A stretch of DNA of 55,214 bases from an uncultured Staphylococcaceae bacterium (GTDB lineage Bacteria; Bacillota_I; Bacilli_A; ML615J-28; CAG-313). How positions within the stretch are numbered: the stretch's first letter is position 1; every line of letters starts with the position of its first letter. The position numbers were made by a program, and so were the translations under genes. Shown in pieces: positions 1 to 9,558 of the stretch. The notes under the pieces are model-generated. The model was not told the origin of the DNA and searched no databases. It saw nothing but the letters and a program-made list of their open reading frames with translations. Location of the stretch: assembly GCA_964384805.1 (NCBI GenBank), contig CAYLLO010000004.1, positions 1 through 55,214 of the forward strand. Direction: 5' to 3'.

Positions 1-65
1 CAATTACTTATCTAATTAAGTAATATTTTGTTGCATTTCTAATTACAATTTAGGACTTCAAAAAC

Positions 66-930
66 TTATAATCTTAAATTTTCTAATAATTCTTCTATCA
101 ATTTATTATTTGATTCACTTATTGAAAATATCTTTTTACCTAAATCTTTAAGAGAATAGCCTAAATGATAAAGTTTACCTTGATCTATTATAATGTATCT
201 ATCATGTACTTTAGTTGTATATCTTATATCTAATAAACCATATTGTTTATTAAAAGTATTAATATCTGGCCCGAGTATTTTAGAATTAATACTTGTATAT
301 ATAATAACTTTTAGTCTTCTTTACTACTAATCTATCAAGAATGGTTCTATCCATATAATTATCAATAATTATAATTTCATTATTAGCACTTTCAAATATA
401 GATTGTATTAATGTATATGCATCATAAAACTGTCCGTCATAGAATATTTTATTTATTCCGTATTCTTTATTAAACACTTTATCTTCTATTTGGACTAATC
501 TATTATTAATACTAGCAACTTCATTTCTTAGTTCAATATAATTATCATTAGATACACTTACTCTATTTTCATTAATGACATAACCTTTGAGTAAATATTC
601 TTTTAAAACTTGATTTGCCCAAATTCTAAATTTTACTCCCATATTAGATTTAACTCGATATCCTACCGAAATTATTACATTGAGCGTGTACATGTTAACG
701 TATTGTTTTACTCCAACAACACGCATTTTTTGCGTGTTGTCATCAAAAACTAATTCTCCCTCTTTGAAAATATTATTAATATGCTTTCTAATTGTCTTCT
801 CATCTTTATCAAAAAGTGCTGCCATTTGATTTGCTGACATCCATATTGTTTCATCCTTTGGGCTAACATTAACTTCTAATTCAAATCCTTCATCAACAAA
901 TTAAATCAATTCAAACTTTTCTTCTTTCAT
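66..930 (-). pseudogene. RhuM-family protein gene, disrupted by a premature stop and a frameshift
   Basis: ORF 286..840 carries the conserved RhuM core (TIRKHINNIF...VGYRVKSNMGVKFRIWANQVLKEYLLKGY). An in-frame upstream ATG (928-930, RBS GGAGGA) is cut off by TAA at 901-903. The conserved C-terminus (KVHDRYIIIDQGKLYHLGYSLKDLGKKIF) continues in another frame to TAA at 66-68, implying a frameshift near 310-325. Confidence 0.7.
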
Positions 931-1219
931 TTTAAATCCTCCTATACAAAATCGTAATAAAAAATAAAAAACGTAAACTAACTTTACAAAAGAGTCCATT
1001 ATTTATAATGGATATTTTCTTTTATAAAATTAATTTCCGCGTATTGTCTTTTGTGCAAAAAAAGTTACAAGCATTTCCGGAGTAGTAAATCATCAATATA
1101 AAAAGTTAATTACATTAACTTTTACTATTTCAAAAGACTAAATAATAAATTTTAAACTTGACTTTTTACAATAATATTATATCAAATTTACATGATTTTG
1201 ACAACTTTTTTTTGAGTAA

Positions 1220-1261
1220 AAATTTATAAATTGAATAAGGATTGCATTGAATGCAATCCTT
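1220..1261 (-). terminator. Rho-independent terminator of the 638-aa lipoprotein gene
   Basis: Hairpin AAGGATTGCAT / ATGCAATCCTT (1237..1261, 3-nt loop) lies 10 nt past the stop at 1271. A moderately T-rich run follows on the minus strand. Confidence 0.55.
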
Positions 1262-1270
1262 ATATTTGTA

Positions 1271-3187
1271 TTATTCGTTTACAATTACTGCAATACCACC
1301 TTGAGCAAGTTGTTTTGAGTCTTTATATGAACCGATTTGTCCAAACACCATTAATTTATCTCCAACTTGTACATTTGTTGCAAGTCTATAGCAATATAAT
1401 GTACCAGTCTCATCTTCAATAGTAACAGTAATGTTTTTATATTGATCACTCCATTCAGTATCAATTGTTTTTACAGTACCTTGAACAATTACTCTTGTTC
1501 CATCTTCTAATTCTACAGCTTCAGCTAAAGTAACTCTTTTTTCATATCCAGCATCAGCAATAACTTCAGCAGTAGCGCCGGCTGCGATTTGTTTTGTACC
1601 ATTATAAGAACCAACTTTACCTTTTACTTTAATAGTTTGTCCTAAAGTGACTTTTGTCGCAAGTCTAAAGCAATATAATGAACCTGTTTTATCAGTAATA
1701 GTAACATTCATATTACCATATTGATCACTCCATTCACCATTAATAGCTGTTACAATACCTTCTACAATAACATCTGCCCCATCGGCTAGTGCATTAGCTT
1801 CTTCAATAGTTGAAGTTTTTAATTCTTTAGCAACATTGATTGTTAACTCAACAACTTCTTTAATTGTACCACATTCTACAGTTGCTACAAGTTTAGCAGT
1901 ACCATCAGCAGTAATAACTAATTTACCATCAACTAACATAGTTGCGGGATCTAATGACCAAGTAACTTTTACCCCATCAGTTGCATCTACTTTAGGGAAT
2001 TCGAAATCAGAACCATTATAATAAGCAGATTCTAAAGTAACAGCATTAACTTTATTAACAGTTTGATCTACTTTATCTTGATCACTAAGAGTTGGAGCAC
2101 TTGCTTCTTCAATACTTGAAGAAATAGCAATAATACGACTATTATATGGTTTATATGTTGAATATTTATCATATGTAGCCGCTTTAATTGTTACATATTT
2201 ATCAATATAACCTTCTAATATTGTATTTTCTTCATCACTATAAGATTTATAATAAATTAATACTTGTGCTCCTGTAATAGGATCTTCTAACCAATAAGAG
2301 TCACTATCATTAGCATTAAATTTACCATATACTAATTTACCATAAAGTTTTAATGTTTGTCCACCATACATACCATCATTAATTGATTGATCATGTAAGT
2401 CTTGAATAGATATATCTTCAGAATAAACAATATTTTGATCATCAAAATCAGCACTTGATACTTCAATATTTGATCCTACTTGAAGAATACCATAATAAAC
2501 AGTGATTGAACCTTTAATATGAACCTTATCTCCAACTTTTACAGGAGTAGATCCTGTATAAACATAAATACCAGCAGTACCATCACTTACAGTAAATTGT
2601 CCTGAGCCACTTGCATTAGAAACCGCAGTAACCGTTGCATCAAACTCTGCAGGGAATTCTAAATCTGAACTGCTAGAACCTGGTTTAACCCCATTTTCTT
2701 CAAAATAGAATTTTGCGGCAGCATCTTTGATTGAAGCAAGAGTTCCTCTAGCAACAGCACTAACTTCTTCTAATACTGTAAATTTAAATTCTTTTTCCAA
2801 ACTCACAGTTTTCTTATCAGTATAGTTAGTAGATAAAGTTGCTTTTAATGTAACTTCTACATTACCACTACCAAAATCAGGACGAGTAACTTTTGCAGTT
2901 TTATATGTTGAAGATACTTCACCATTTTCAACTAAATCAGCAATTGCAATTACTGAATTATTATTACTTTCCCAAGCAATTGTAATCGCATAATCACCTT
3001 TTTTGCTTCTTGCAGCAAGTTGGAAAGATGTAGTAATTTCATTCATATTAGCAAAAGTAACTTGAGCAGCAGCTTCTTCTAACGCAGTCTCAGCTGCTTT
3101 TTTAGCTTTACTATTGCATGATGTCAAAGTTAGTAATGAAACCAGTACCATCATTACTAAAAAGCTTTTTCTGGTTGTTTTAATCAT
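1271..3187 (-). CDS. Surface lipoprotein with N-terminal Ig-like module and multiple OB-fold-like modules
   Basis: Signal peptide plus lipobox LTSC. The N-terminal module (AQVTFANM...ITIAWESNNNSVIAIADL...AKVTRP...VEVTLKATLS) is shared with the 1014-aa neighbour. Two tandem C-terminal repeats (DG..V.V.G.V..I..EWSDQY.N..VTI.D.TG.LYC.RLAT.V..G....V.G..GSY...KQ) and an internal copy resemble the OB folds of extracellular nucleases. The gene has its own promoter and terminator. Confidence 0.75.
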   Translation of the reverse strand: MIKTTRKSFLVMMVLVSLLTLTSCNSKAKKAAETALEEAAAQVTFANMNEITTSFQLAARSKKGDYAITIAWESNNNSVIAIADLVENGEVSSTYKTAKVTRPDFGSGNVEVTLKATLSTNYTDKKTVSLEKEFKFTVLEEVSAVARGTLASIKDAAAKFYFEENGVKPGSSSSDLEFPAEFDATVTAVSNASGSGQFTVSDGTAGIYVYTGSTPVKVGDKVHIKGSITVYYGILQVGSNIEVSSADFDDQNIVYSEDISIQDLHDQSINDGMYGGQTLKLYGKLVYGKFNANDSDSYWLEDPITGAQVLIYYKSYSDEENTILEGYIDKYVTIKAATYDKYSTYKPYNSRIIAISSSIEEASAPTLSDQDKVDQTVNKVNAVTLESAYYNGSDFEFPKVDATDGVKVTWSLDPATMLVDGKLVITADGTAKLVATVECGTIKEVVELTINVAKELKTSTIEEANALADGADVIVEGIVTAINGEWSDQYGNMNVTITDKTGSLYCFRLATKVTLGQTIKVKGKVGSYNGTKQIAAGATAEVIADAGYEKRVTLAEAVELEDGTRVIVQGTVKTIDTEWSDQYKNITVTIEDETGTLYCYRLATNVQVGDKLMVFGQIGSYKDSKQLAQGGIAVIVNE

Positions 3188-3244
3188 TTTTCTTTTTCCT
3201 CCATAATATTTTAAGAAAATACAAAATATTTTCTTATCATACCT

Positions 3245-3273
3245 ATTATACCATAAAAAAATATATTTAGCAA
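3245..3273 (-). promoter_or_regulatory. Sigma-A-type promoter of the 638-aa lipoprotein gene
   Basis: On the minus strand: -35 TTGCTA (3268..3273), exact 17-nt spacer, TGg-extended -10 TATAAT (3245..3250), about 55 nt upstream of the ATG. Confidence 0.6.
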
Positions 3274-3450
3274 GAGAACAAAATAAAAGTATATCAAAAG
3301 GCAGGTACTAATAAAGATATATTAAATTAAATATAAGAGAAATTGCCAATTTTAAAGCTAACAAAATTCTGTAAAACTATTAAGAAAACTGGATTTGGTT
3401 ATTTTGATTTTGATGTGTTTAGATATAAGATTATAACTACTAATAAAAAA

Positions 3451-3495
3451 GCTAAACAAATCAAAAAGGACCAACTATTCACTAGTTAGTCCTTT
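3451..3495 (-). terminator. Rho-independent terminator ending the ABC/nuclease/lipoprotein operon
   Basis: A 13-bp stem (3465..3477 / 3483..3495, one G-U pair on the minus-strand RNA, 5-nt loop) is followed by UUUUGAUUUGUUU. It lies about 110 nt after the stop at 3606. Confidence 0.7.
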
Positions 3496-3605
3496 AATAC
3501 TTTTGAGATAAATATCCAATTTTATCTTAAAATCTTAAAAATTTTTATTGAACCAATAAATTTTACCACGTCTAAAATTATTGACTAAATTATCTATTAA
3601 AGTTT

Positions 3606-6600
3606 TTATTTTTCAACAATGATTTCAATAGATTGAATATGTAGTTGAGTAGTCGCACCTGTTGTAGTATTCTTTATAATAACCGTATCGCTATTAATTT
3701 CATATAATGTAGTTGTTTTGGCACCCTCAACACCATTAACAGTAAAACTACCTACTTTTGAGCCAAAAGTAATCGTAATTGATTTAATTGTTCCTTCATT
3801 ACATTTAATAGTTAATTCGTTACCTTCACCATCTTCTTTAGAAGCATATAATCTAATTGAACCATCTTTATTTAAACCTATTTTATTAGCATATGAACCA
3901 CATGCATTAGTATTAACATTAAACAATGTTGCATCTAGATTAAGCGTTGCGGCATTATTTGTGTCTTGCACCATGTTAGTTGTAGTTCCAGCAGTATAGT
4001 TTAAAGTTACAGTTAATGTTTCAACAGGAGTATCAGTACTATGTCCAGGACATTTTTCATCTTCTGTTCCAGGACAATCTGCAGCTGTACATTTTCCACA
4101 TGTTTCACATACTGTATGAGTATGTGTTGGTTCAACTGTATGACCTGCACATTTTTCATCTTCTGTTCCAGGGCAATCTGCAGCTGTACATTTTCCACAT
4201 GTTTCACATACTGTATGAGTATGTGTTGGTTCAACTGTATGACCTGCACATTTTTCATCTTCTGTTCCAGGGCAATCTGCAGCTGTACATTTTCCACATG
4301 TTTCACATACTGTATGAGTATGTGTTGGAGTTACAGGTTCAGTTGTTGAAGTAGCTAATGCATAGAAATGTGAAACATAACTTGTTGCAATATAACTATC
4401 ATAATTACTCATACCAAATGTTACATTTGTTCCATATGTTCCCATAAAGAATTTAGTATTATCTGTTGATTTTAAAGTAACAAATGTGTTCTTTTCTGCA
4501 TCATATGTAAATACAGAGGCTGCTGTTTCTTCTACAAATTTAAAGTTATTATAGTTTCCACTAGGTACTAATGCGATATAAGTAACTGTTGCATCTGATT
4601 TAACAACTTTTAATTTATATCCACCTTCAACTGTAATAGCATAAACATCTGCTGCTGTTTCAGCATCTTCTGTTGTTGCTCCATAATATCCTTTCATGTC
4701 ACCAGTTAAGTATAAATGTTTTGAATTTTGTTCTTGATAGAATCCTAATTTATATGCTTTATCTGCTTCAAAACTTGTTGCTACTTGCCATGTTTGGGCT
4801 GGTTCAGTTGTATGTCCTGCACATTTTTCATCTTCTGTTCCAGGACAATCTTCAGCTGTACATTTTCCACATGTTTCACATACTGTGTGAGTGTGTGCTG
4901 GTTCAACTGTATGACCAGGACATTTTTCATCTTCTGTTCCAGGGCAATCTTCAGCTGTACATTTTCCACATGTTTCACATACTGTATGAGTATGTGTTGG
5001 AGTTACAGGTGTACTTGTTCCATCTACAAAGTTAATTGTGATTGAATCCCAATATGATGAATAAGTATACGCTGAATTTACAGCAAGTTTAAAGAATGTA
5101 TAAGTTTCTGCATCAGGAGTAATAGTATAAGTTTTAGTTCCTGCTACTGTATTTAAGTCAACAGATTTTGCAGCAACAGTTGTATCATTACCAAATGATA
5201 TTACAAGTACATTATTATTATCATAAGTATTTTTTCCAGCATTAAAAACTAATACAATATTTTTAATAGCTTTAGGGAAAGCTGTATTATTCCATAAAGA
5301 TGAAAGTTTTCCACCATCATTAGTTTTATTTCTCATTTGAATACCATTTCCAGTTGTAGATAATTCAGTATAACCAAATTCAACACCTTCAACAGTTTTA
5401 GTTCCATCTGCATAACTAGATAATCCTAATACGGTATCAGTTAATTCAATGTAAGTCATCACGTTTCCTTTAACTATAACAGTAAATTCTTTAGTTTTAG
5501 TAACATCTCCACTAGTAATTGTTGCTGTTAATTTAACAGTTTGATCTTCCTCAGTTCTTGTAACTTTTGCTACACCTTCTTCGATAGAAATAGCATTACC
5601 TTCAGAAATAGTCCATGTAATAGTTGAACCATTTACACCAGTTGCAAGAAGATTAAAATCTGCTTCTACTTTGTCTTCTAAAGTTAATGCAGCAGCATCA
5701 TTAGTCGCATTTTTTTCATCTTCAGTCATTGAAGAAGTCGGACTAGTGTAGAATTGTACTGGGAATACACTTGACATTTCATCATATTTTTCAATACCAA
5801 CAGTTTGATAAGTATCATGGGTACCCATTACAACTTTTGTTTCATTTAGGTCAGTTGTTAAAGTATGATAAGTTTCATCCCATGTCCATACTACCGCAGA
5901 AGAATCTTTTAATACACAGTTAAGGTATGTTCCAGAAACTACAGCAGAAATATAAGTCTTAGTTTGATCGGCATTTAAGAAATATATATGATATCCACCT
6001 TCAACAGTTTCTAAATAAGCATCAACACCATCGTTAATATCTTCACTAGTTGCAACATAATATCCGCTCATAGCGTTTTTCATATATAAAACTTTACTTG
6101 CATTTTGTTGTGTCATAGCAAGTCTATATGGAACACCTGTTTCAACTTCTGTTAAATATGTAGATACTAAAGTATTAGCTAAAACTTTAAATGTGTAAGT
6201 TTTTTGAGCTTTTAAAGTTGCACTTGTTCCATCAGTTTTGCTATAAGTCAAACTAAAATCAGCAGTTAAAGTAACAGTTGCATCTTCTTGCCCTGCTGCA
6301 GGACGAGTTACTTTGGCTTGTTTATAATAAGTTGAAGCAACACCATTTTCCATTAAATCAGCAATAGCGATTACATCTGAATTACTACTTGTCCAAGTAA
6401 TAGGAATAGTATAACTATTTTTCTTGCCTGAAATTACTAAGTTAAAATCTGATGTTACAGCTGACATATCAGCAAATGTAACTTGTGCAGTAAATTCATT
6501 TAACGCCGTTTGAGCATCTAAAGTTGGATCAGTTGTGGTAGTACCACTACCATTACCACTATTTCCAAAAATATTACAAGATGCTAAAGTAAATAATGCG

Positions 6601-6650
6601 GCAAATGTTAAAACTACTGCTAAAAGTGATTTTTTGATTGTTTTTAACAT
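3606..6650 (-). CDS. Giant modular surface lipoprotein with Cys/His-rich 33-aa repeats
   Basis: Lipobox LASC. Two Ig-like modules of the W.SSN....I......V.RP......V.LTA type. Two paralogous ~140-aa domains (GYY.AT.ED.....D.Y...VEGGY). Five copies of THTHTVCETCGKCTA(E/A)DCPGTEDEKC(P/A)GHT. Two related C-terminal beta-rich modules. The gene sits 20 nt downstream of the nuclease gene with no terminator between. Confidence 0.8.
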   Translation of the reverse strand: MLKTIKKSLLAVVLTFAALFTLASCNIFGNSGNGSGTTTTDPTLDAQTALNEFTAQVTFADMSAVTSDFNLVISGKKNSYTIPITWTSSNSDVIAIADLMENGVASTYYKQAKVTRPAAGQEDATVTLTADFSLTYSKTDGTSATLKAQKTYTFKVLANTLVSTYLTEVETGVPYRLAMTQQNASKVLYMKNAMSGYYVATSEDINDGVDAYLETVEGGYHIYFLNADQTKTYISAVVSGTYLNCVLKDSSAVVWTWDETYHTLTTDLNETKVVMGTHDTYQTVGIEKYDEMSSVFPVQFYTSPTSSMTEDEKNATNDAAALTLEDKVEADFNLLATGVNGSTITWTISEGNAISIEEGVAKVTRTEEDQTVKLTATITSGDVTKTKEFTVIVKGNVMTYIELTDTVLGLSSYADGTKTVEGVEFGYTELSTTGNGIQMRNKTNDGGKLSSLWNNTAFPKAIKNIVLVFNAGKNTYDNNNVLVISFGNDTTVAAKSVDLNTVAGTKTYTITPDAETYTFFKLAVNSAYTYSSYWDSITINFVDGTSTPVTPTHTHTVCETCGKCTAEDCPGTEDEKCPGHTVEPAHTHTVCETCGKCTAEDCPGTEDEKCAGHTTEPAQTWQVATSFEADKAYKLGFYQEQNSKHLYLTGDMKGYYGATTEDAETAADVYAITVEGGYKLKVVKSDATVTYIALVPSGNYNNFKFVEETAASVFTYDAEKNTFVTLKSTDNTKFFMGTYGTNVTFGMSNYDSYIATSYVSHFYALATSTTEPVTPTHTHTVCETCGKCTAADCPGTEDEKCAGHTVEPTHTHTVCETCGKCTAADCPGTEDEKCAGHTVEPTHTHTVCETCGKCTAADCPGTEDEKCPGHSTDTPVETLTVTLNYTAGTTTNMVQDTNNAATLNLDATLFNVNTNACGSYANKIGLNKDGSIRLYASKEDGEGNELTIKCNEGTIKSITITFGSKVGSFTVNGVEGAKTTTLYEINSDTVIIKNTTTGATTQLHIQSIEIIVEK
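4029..4325 (-). repeat. 3 x 99-bp near-identical tandem coding repeat (Cys/His module)
   Basis: The period of 99 nt was verified by position (GCAGCTGTAC at 4081 and 4180). Copies two and three look identical by eye. Each copy encodes the 33-aa unit THTHTVCETCGKCTAADCPGTEDEKCAGHTVEP. Confidence 0.9.
4800..4997 (-). repeat. 2 x 99-bp tandem coding repeat, same family as 4029..4325
   Basis: It encodes THTHTVCETCGKCTAEDCPGTEDEKC(P/A)GHT(V/T)EP twice. It is in direct orientation and highly similar at DNA level to the 3-copy array about 475 bp away. Confidence 0.9.
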
Positions 6651-6670
6651 TTTTTGTTATCTCCTTTAAT

Positions 6671-8038
6671 TTATTTTTGGTATCCTAAATCTTCTAGATT
6701 CATTACCATTAATTGATAATTATCATAATAAGGTTGAACAACCCCTATAACATTTTTAAATGTACATCCTTTAAACGTTTCCCATGTTTTGTTCTTCATA
6801 ATGCTTGTAACCTTTAAAGCTACATTAGCATCAATTCGAATATTTACTCTTACACCATCAGGTGTTTCAGTATAAATTGTATATGCATCAGTATTATCGT
6901 CATCTTTACCACCAGTTACGGTTAAAGTGTCAAATTGAACTAACCGACAAGCCATATCCATAGTCATATTTTTCCAATCACTAGAAGTGATTTGAACAGG
7001 TGTCACAGAATTGCCTGTAGATTGAACATCAATAATGATGTTGCTTACACCAACGACTTGAAGAGCACCATTATGATAACTAATGTTAGCATTAGTAACA
7101 ATATAATTACCAGTAGCAAGTTTCAAATTTTCTTCAAATCCACCATATACATAAATACCATAAGTTTTACCATCTCCAGGCACAAATGTTTCATTTCCAT
7201 CTGTATCTACAGTATAGTAACCTTCATTAACTTGTTCAATAAATGCTGAACTAATTCCAAGTTTACGAGTAACTAAGCCCTCAATATATACTTTAGTTCC
7301 TTTGTATTCCTCAGAAGCAATGGCCTCAGGTGTTCCAAATAAATCAATAATTTGCTTTAAAGTATATTTTTTCCCTTGAGCACTATAATCGTATGTTGGA
7401 TCTTCCTCACCATTAGTACGATCTCGATATGCTTGAGCACGAGTACCAGCATCATAGAATGTTTGCATATAAAGAGTTCCTGTTAATCCTTTAGCAGGAG
7501 AATATCCTTCTTCAACTAATTCTAAATTTAATAAACGATATGGTGAAGTACTACTTGTACGATACCATACGTATGCTAAATAACGTTTGTTACTATCAAA
7601 CAATCCTGTTGGATCAGCTTGTAAAATAATTGATTCAGCGCTTTCTAATTTTGTTTTTGTAAATTTAGCAGCCGCAATACCCCATGGTTCAACTTTATAC
7701 GTAGATTCAGGAGTATCAAGTCCTAAATATCTTACACTAATATCATTAGCTCCAGTTGATAAATTAGCACGGAAATATGTTGTATCTCCATCAACATATC
7801 TATAAACTGTCGCATATGTTACCCCATCAACATCCAAAGTTGATGTTTGAGTAGGTAATTGAGTTAACATTAAACTATCTGTATATTTTGTTCGTGAACC
7901 TGTTAGATCCACATTACTGCCACCTGTTCCAGTTCCTGTTCCTTGGCCCATAAGTTCTTCACATCCGCACAAGCAGAACATTGAAACTACTAGCAGAACT
8001 AAGGCAGCAATTTTAGTTTTAAATTTCATTTTTATCAC
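6671..8038 (-). CDS. Thermonuclease (staphylococcal nuclease, SNase) family lipoprotein with OB-like C-terminal modules
   Basis: Signal peptide plus lipobox LCGC. SNase catalytic motifs are intact: YVDGDTTYF, VRYLGLDTPES, KRYLAYVWY, LNLELVEEGYS. The C-terminal half has OB-like segments (YKGTKVYIEGLVTRK...GIYVYGG...ISYHNGALQV). Confidence 0.85.
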   Translation of the reverse strand: MIKMKFKTKIAALVLLVVSMFCLCGCEELMGQGTGTGTGGSNVDLTGSRTKYTDSLMLTQLPTQTSTLDVDGVTYATVYRYVDGDTTYFRANLSTGANDISVRYLGLDTPESTYKVEPWGIAAAKFTKTKLESAESIILQADPTGLFDSNKRYLAYVWYRTSSTSPYRLLNLELVEEGYSPAKGLTGTLYMQTFYDAGTRAQAYRDRTNGEEDPTYDYSAQGKKYTLKQIIDLFGTPEAIASEEYKGTKVYIEGLVTRKLGISSAFIEQVNEGYYTVDTDGNETFVPGDGKTYGIYVYGGFEENLKLATGNYIVTNANISYHNGALQVVGVSNIIIDVQSTGNSVTPVQITSSDWKNMTMDMACRLVQFDTLTVTGGKDDDNTDAYTIYTETPDGVRVNIRIDANVALKVTSIMKNKTWETFKGCTFKNVIGVVQPYYDNYQLMVMNLEDLGYQK

Positions 8039-8045
8039 CTAACTA

Positions 8046-9482
8046 CTAAATTAGTGAGTTACAGTTATTGATAGCTGCTTCATAAGCCTCATCGATAGGA
8101 GTTCCTACTAATACCGCACGAACTAATCCTTCTACTTCATCACGAGCTTTTGATGAACCCATAAATGCTTCAGATGTATAGAAGATATTTTGTTGAGCCC
8201 AACCAACTATTTGAGCTTGAGATTTAACTGTTCCATCAGCTATTTTTTCTTGATATTCAGCTGAATTATATACACTTTCACGAATTGGGAAATATGCAGT
8301 TTCTGTACACCATAATAATGCATTATCGAAATTAGTCATCCATTTCATGAATAACCATCCACCTAATTCTTCTAAATCATTATCTCTTTCAAATAAGCAA
8401 ACATTAGTTCCTTGTTGAATTACATTTTTATTTTGTCCATCTGCTCTTTGTGGATATTCAGCAACACCTGTTGCGAAACTTTCAGTAGTGTTGTAAGAAG
8501 CACCAGCTGATGAACCGGTAGTCATAACACATTGCATTGCTTTAAATGCATCTGATGAATAGTCAGTACCAAATTTTTGAGCTGTTCCAAAGATTCCTTC
8601 GTTGAATTTTTCAGTAAACCAAGAAATAGCAGCTTTAGATTCAGCATTATTAAATAAGTATTGACCTTTACCATTTGCGTCAAATCCTGTATATTTTCCA
8701 CCCCATTGTTGAGTTAAAGTGATGAAAAGGTTAGATTCTGAGTCTACTGAGAAGCCTGATGCAACTTCTTTTAATGTTGCTTCTAATGCATTGTATTCAG
8801 CAGTTGTTGCATAGAATTTAGCAATTCCTTCAACTTGATCCCATGTAGGATTTCTCCAAGTACCATCGGCTTGTACCCCATATTGAGCAAGTTGAGTAGC
8901 ATATAGTTTAAAGAAATCTTTATTATAGAACAATACTTCTGTTGATTTATTGAATGGTACACAATACATTTTACCATCACCATATACAGAACCTTCAGCA
9001 TAGAAAGCATCTACAAAGTCTGCAATATCAGATGCAGTCCATCCAATTTGACTTGTTCCTTGAGTACCTGTTGCCCATGTAGCATCAAGAGTATAATTAA
9101 TTTTAGATGCAACTGTAGATGTATCATTGATATACTCATCTAAACTTGTTAAAGCATTAGCATATAAATAGTTAGCGATGTGGTCAGGATATGCTTGAGC
9201 GATTGTTGGACCTTCACCAACTGGAACGGAATATAAGATTTTATCTCTTAAATCTGTATATCCACCTTGTGAAGTTTGTACAACTTCAAACATAGGGTAT
9301 GCAAGTTCAAATGATTCGATCATTTTATCAATAATAACTTGATTAGCTTGACCCATTGCATGCCAGAAAGTAATTGTAGTTTTCCCATTAGCGTTTGTGC
9401 CACCACCCATTCCGGTCATATCACAACTAGCAAGAGAAACACCTGCAACTAATAATGCCATTAGGCATAAAAATTTTTTCAT
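8046..9482 (-). CDS. ABC transporter substrate-binding lipoprotein (family 1 / CUT1 type)
   Basis: The likely true start is residue 70 of the track ORF (MKKFLCLMALLVAGVSLASC, lipobox LASC), preceded by GGAG. The longer ORF would overlap the upstream permease gene. ITFWHAMGQ and the overall composition are typical of sugar/glycerol-phosphate-type SBPs. The start coordinate is taken from track numbering and could be off by a few nt. Confidence 0.8.
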   Translation of the reverse strand: MKKFLCLMALLVAGVSLASCDMTGMGGGTNANGKTTITFWHAMGQANQVIIDKMIESFELAYPMFEVVQTSQGGYTDLRDKILYSVPVGEGPTIAQAYPDHIANYLYANALTSLDEYINDTSTVASKINYTLDATWATGTQGTSQIGWTASDIADFVDAFYAEGSVYGDGKMYCVPFNKSTEVLFYNKDFFKLYATQLAQYGVQADGTWRNPTWDQVEGIAKFYATTAEYNALEATLKEVASGFSVDSESNLFITLTQQWGGKYTGFDANGKGQYLFNNAESKAAISWFTEKFNEGIFGTAQKFGTDYSSDAFKAMQCVMTTGSSAGASYNTTESFATGVAEYPQRADGQNKNVIQQGTNVCLFERDNDLEELGGWLFMKWMTNFDNALLWCTETAYFPIRESVYNSAEYQEKIADGTVKSQAQIVGWAQQNIFYTSEAFMGSSKARDEVEGLVRAVLVGTPIDEAYEAAINNCNSLI

Positions 9483-9558
9483 TGTTTTTTCTCCTTTTTT
9501 TAATTTTAAAATTTTTCTTTCTTTTCTTAAATATATATTTACTAAAACAAGCTTAGTT

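Noticed and set aside
1231-3999. Short plus-strand ORFs 1231..1422, 1836..2021 and 3718..3999, and similar antisense ORFs elsewhere (6992..7249, 7587..7805, 8783..9010, 21052..21432, 26254..26571, 38559..39080, 46484..46810, 52226..52867).
   Set aside because: Each lies entirely inside, and antisense or out of frame to, a long gene with clear family identity. None has an RBS.
4013-5045. A set of repeat-containing ORFs on both strands (4013..4306, 4016..4354, 4041..4349, 4673..5035, 4781..4978, 4785..5045). I also considered whether the periodic repeats could be a CRISPR array.
   Set aside because: All are alternative frames of the 99-bp coding repeats inside the 1014-aa lipoprotein gene. The repeats are contiguous with no unique spacers and they maintain the long ORF, so this is neither CRISPR nor separate genes.
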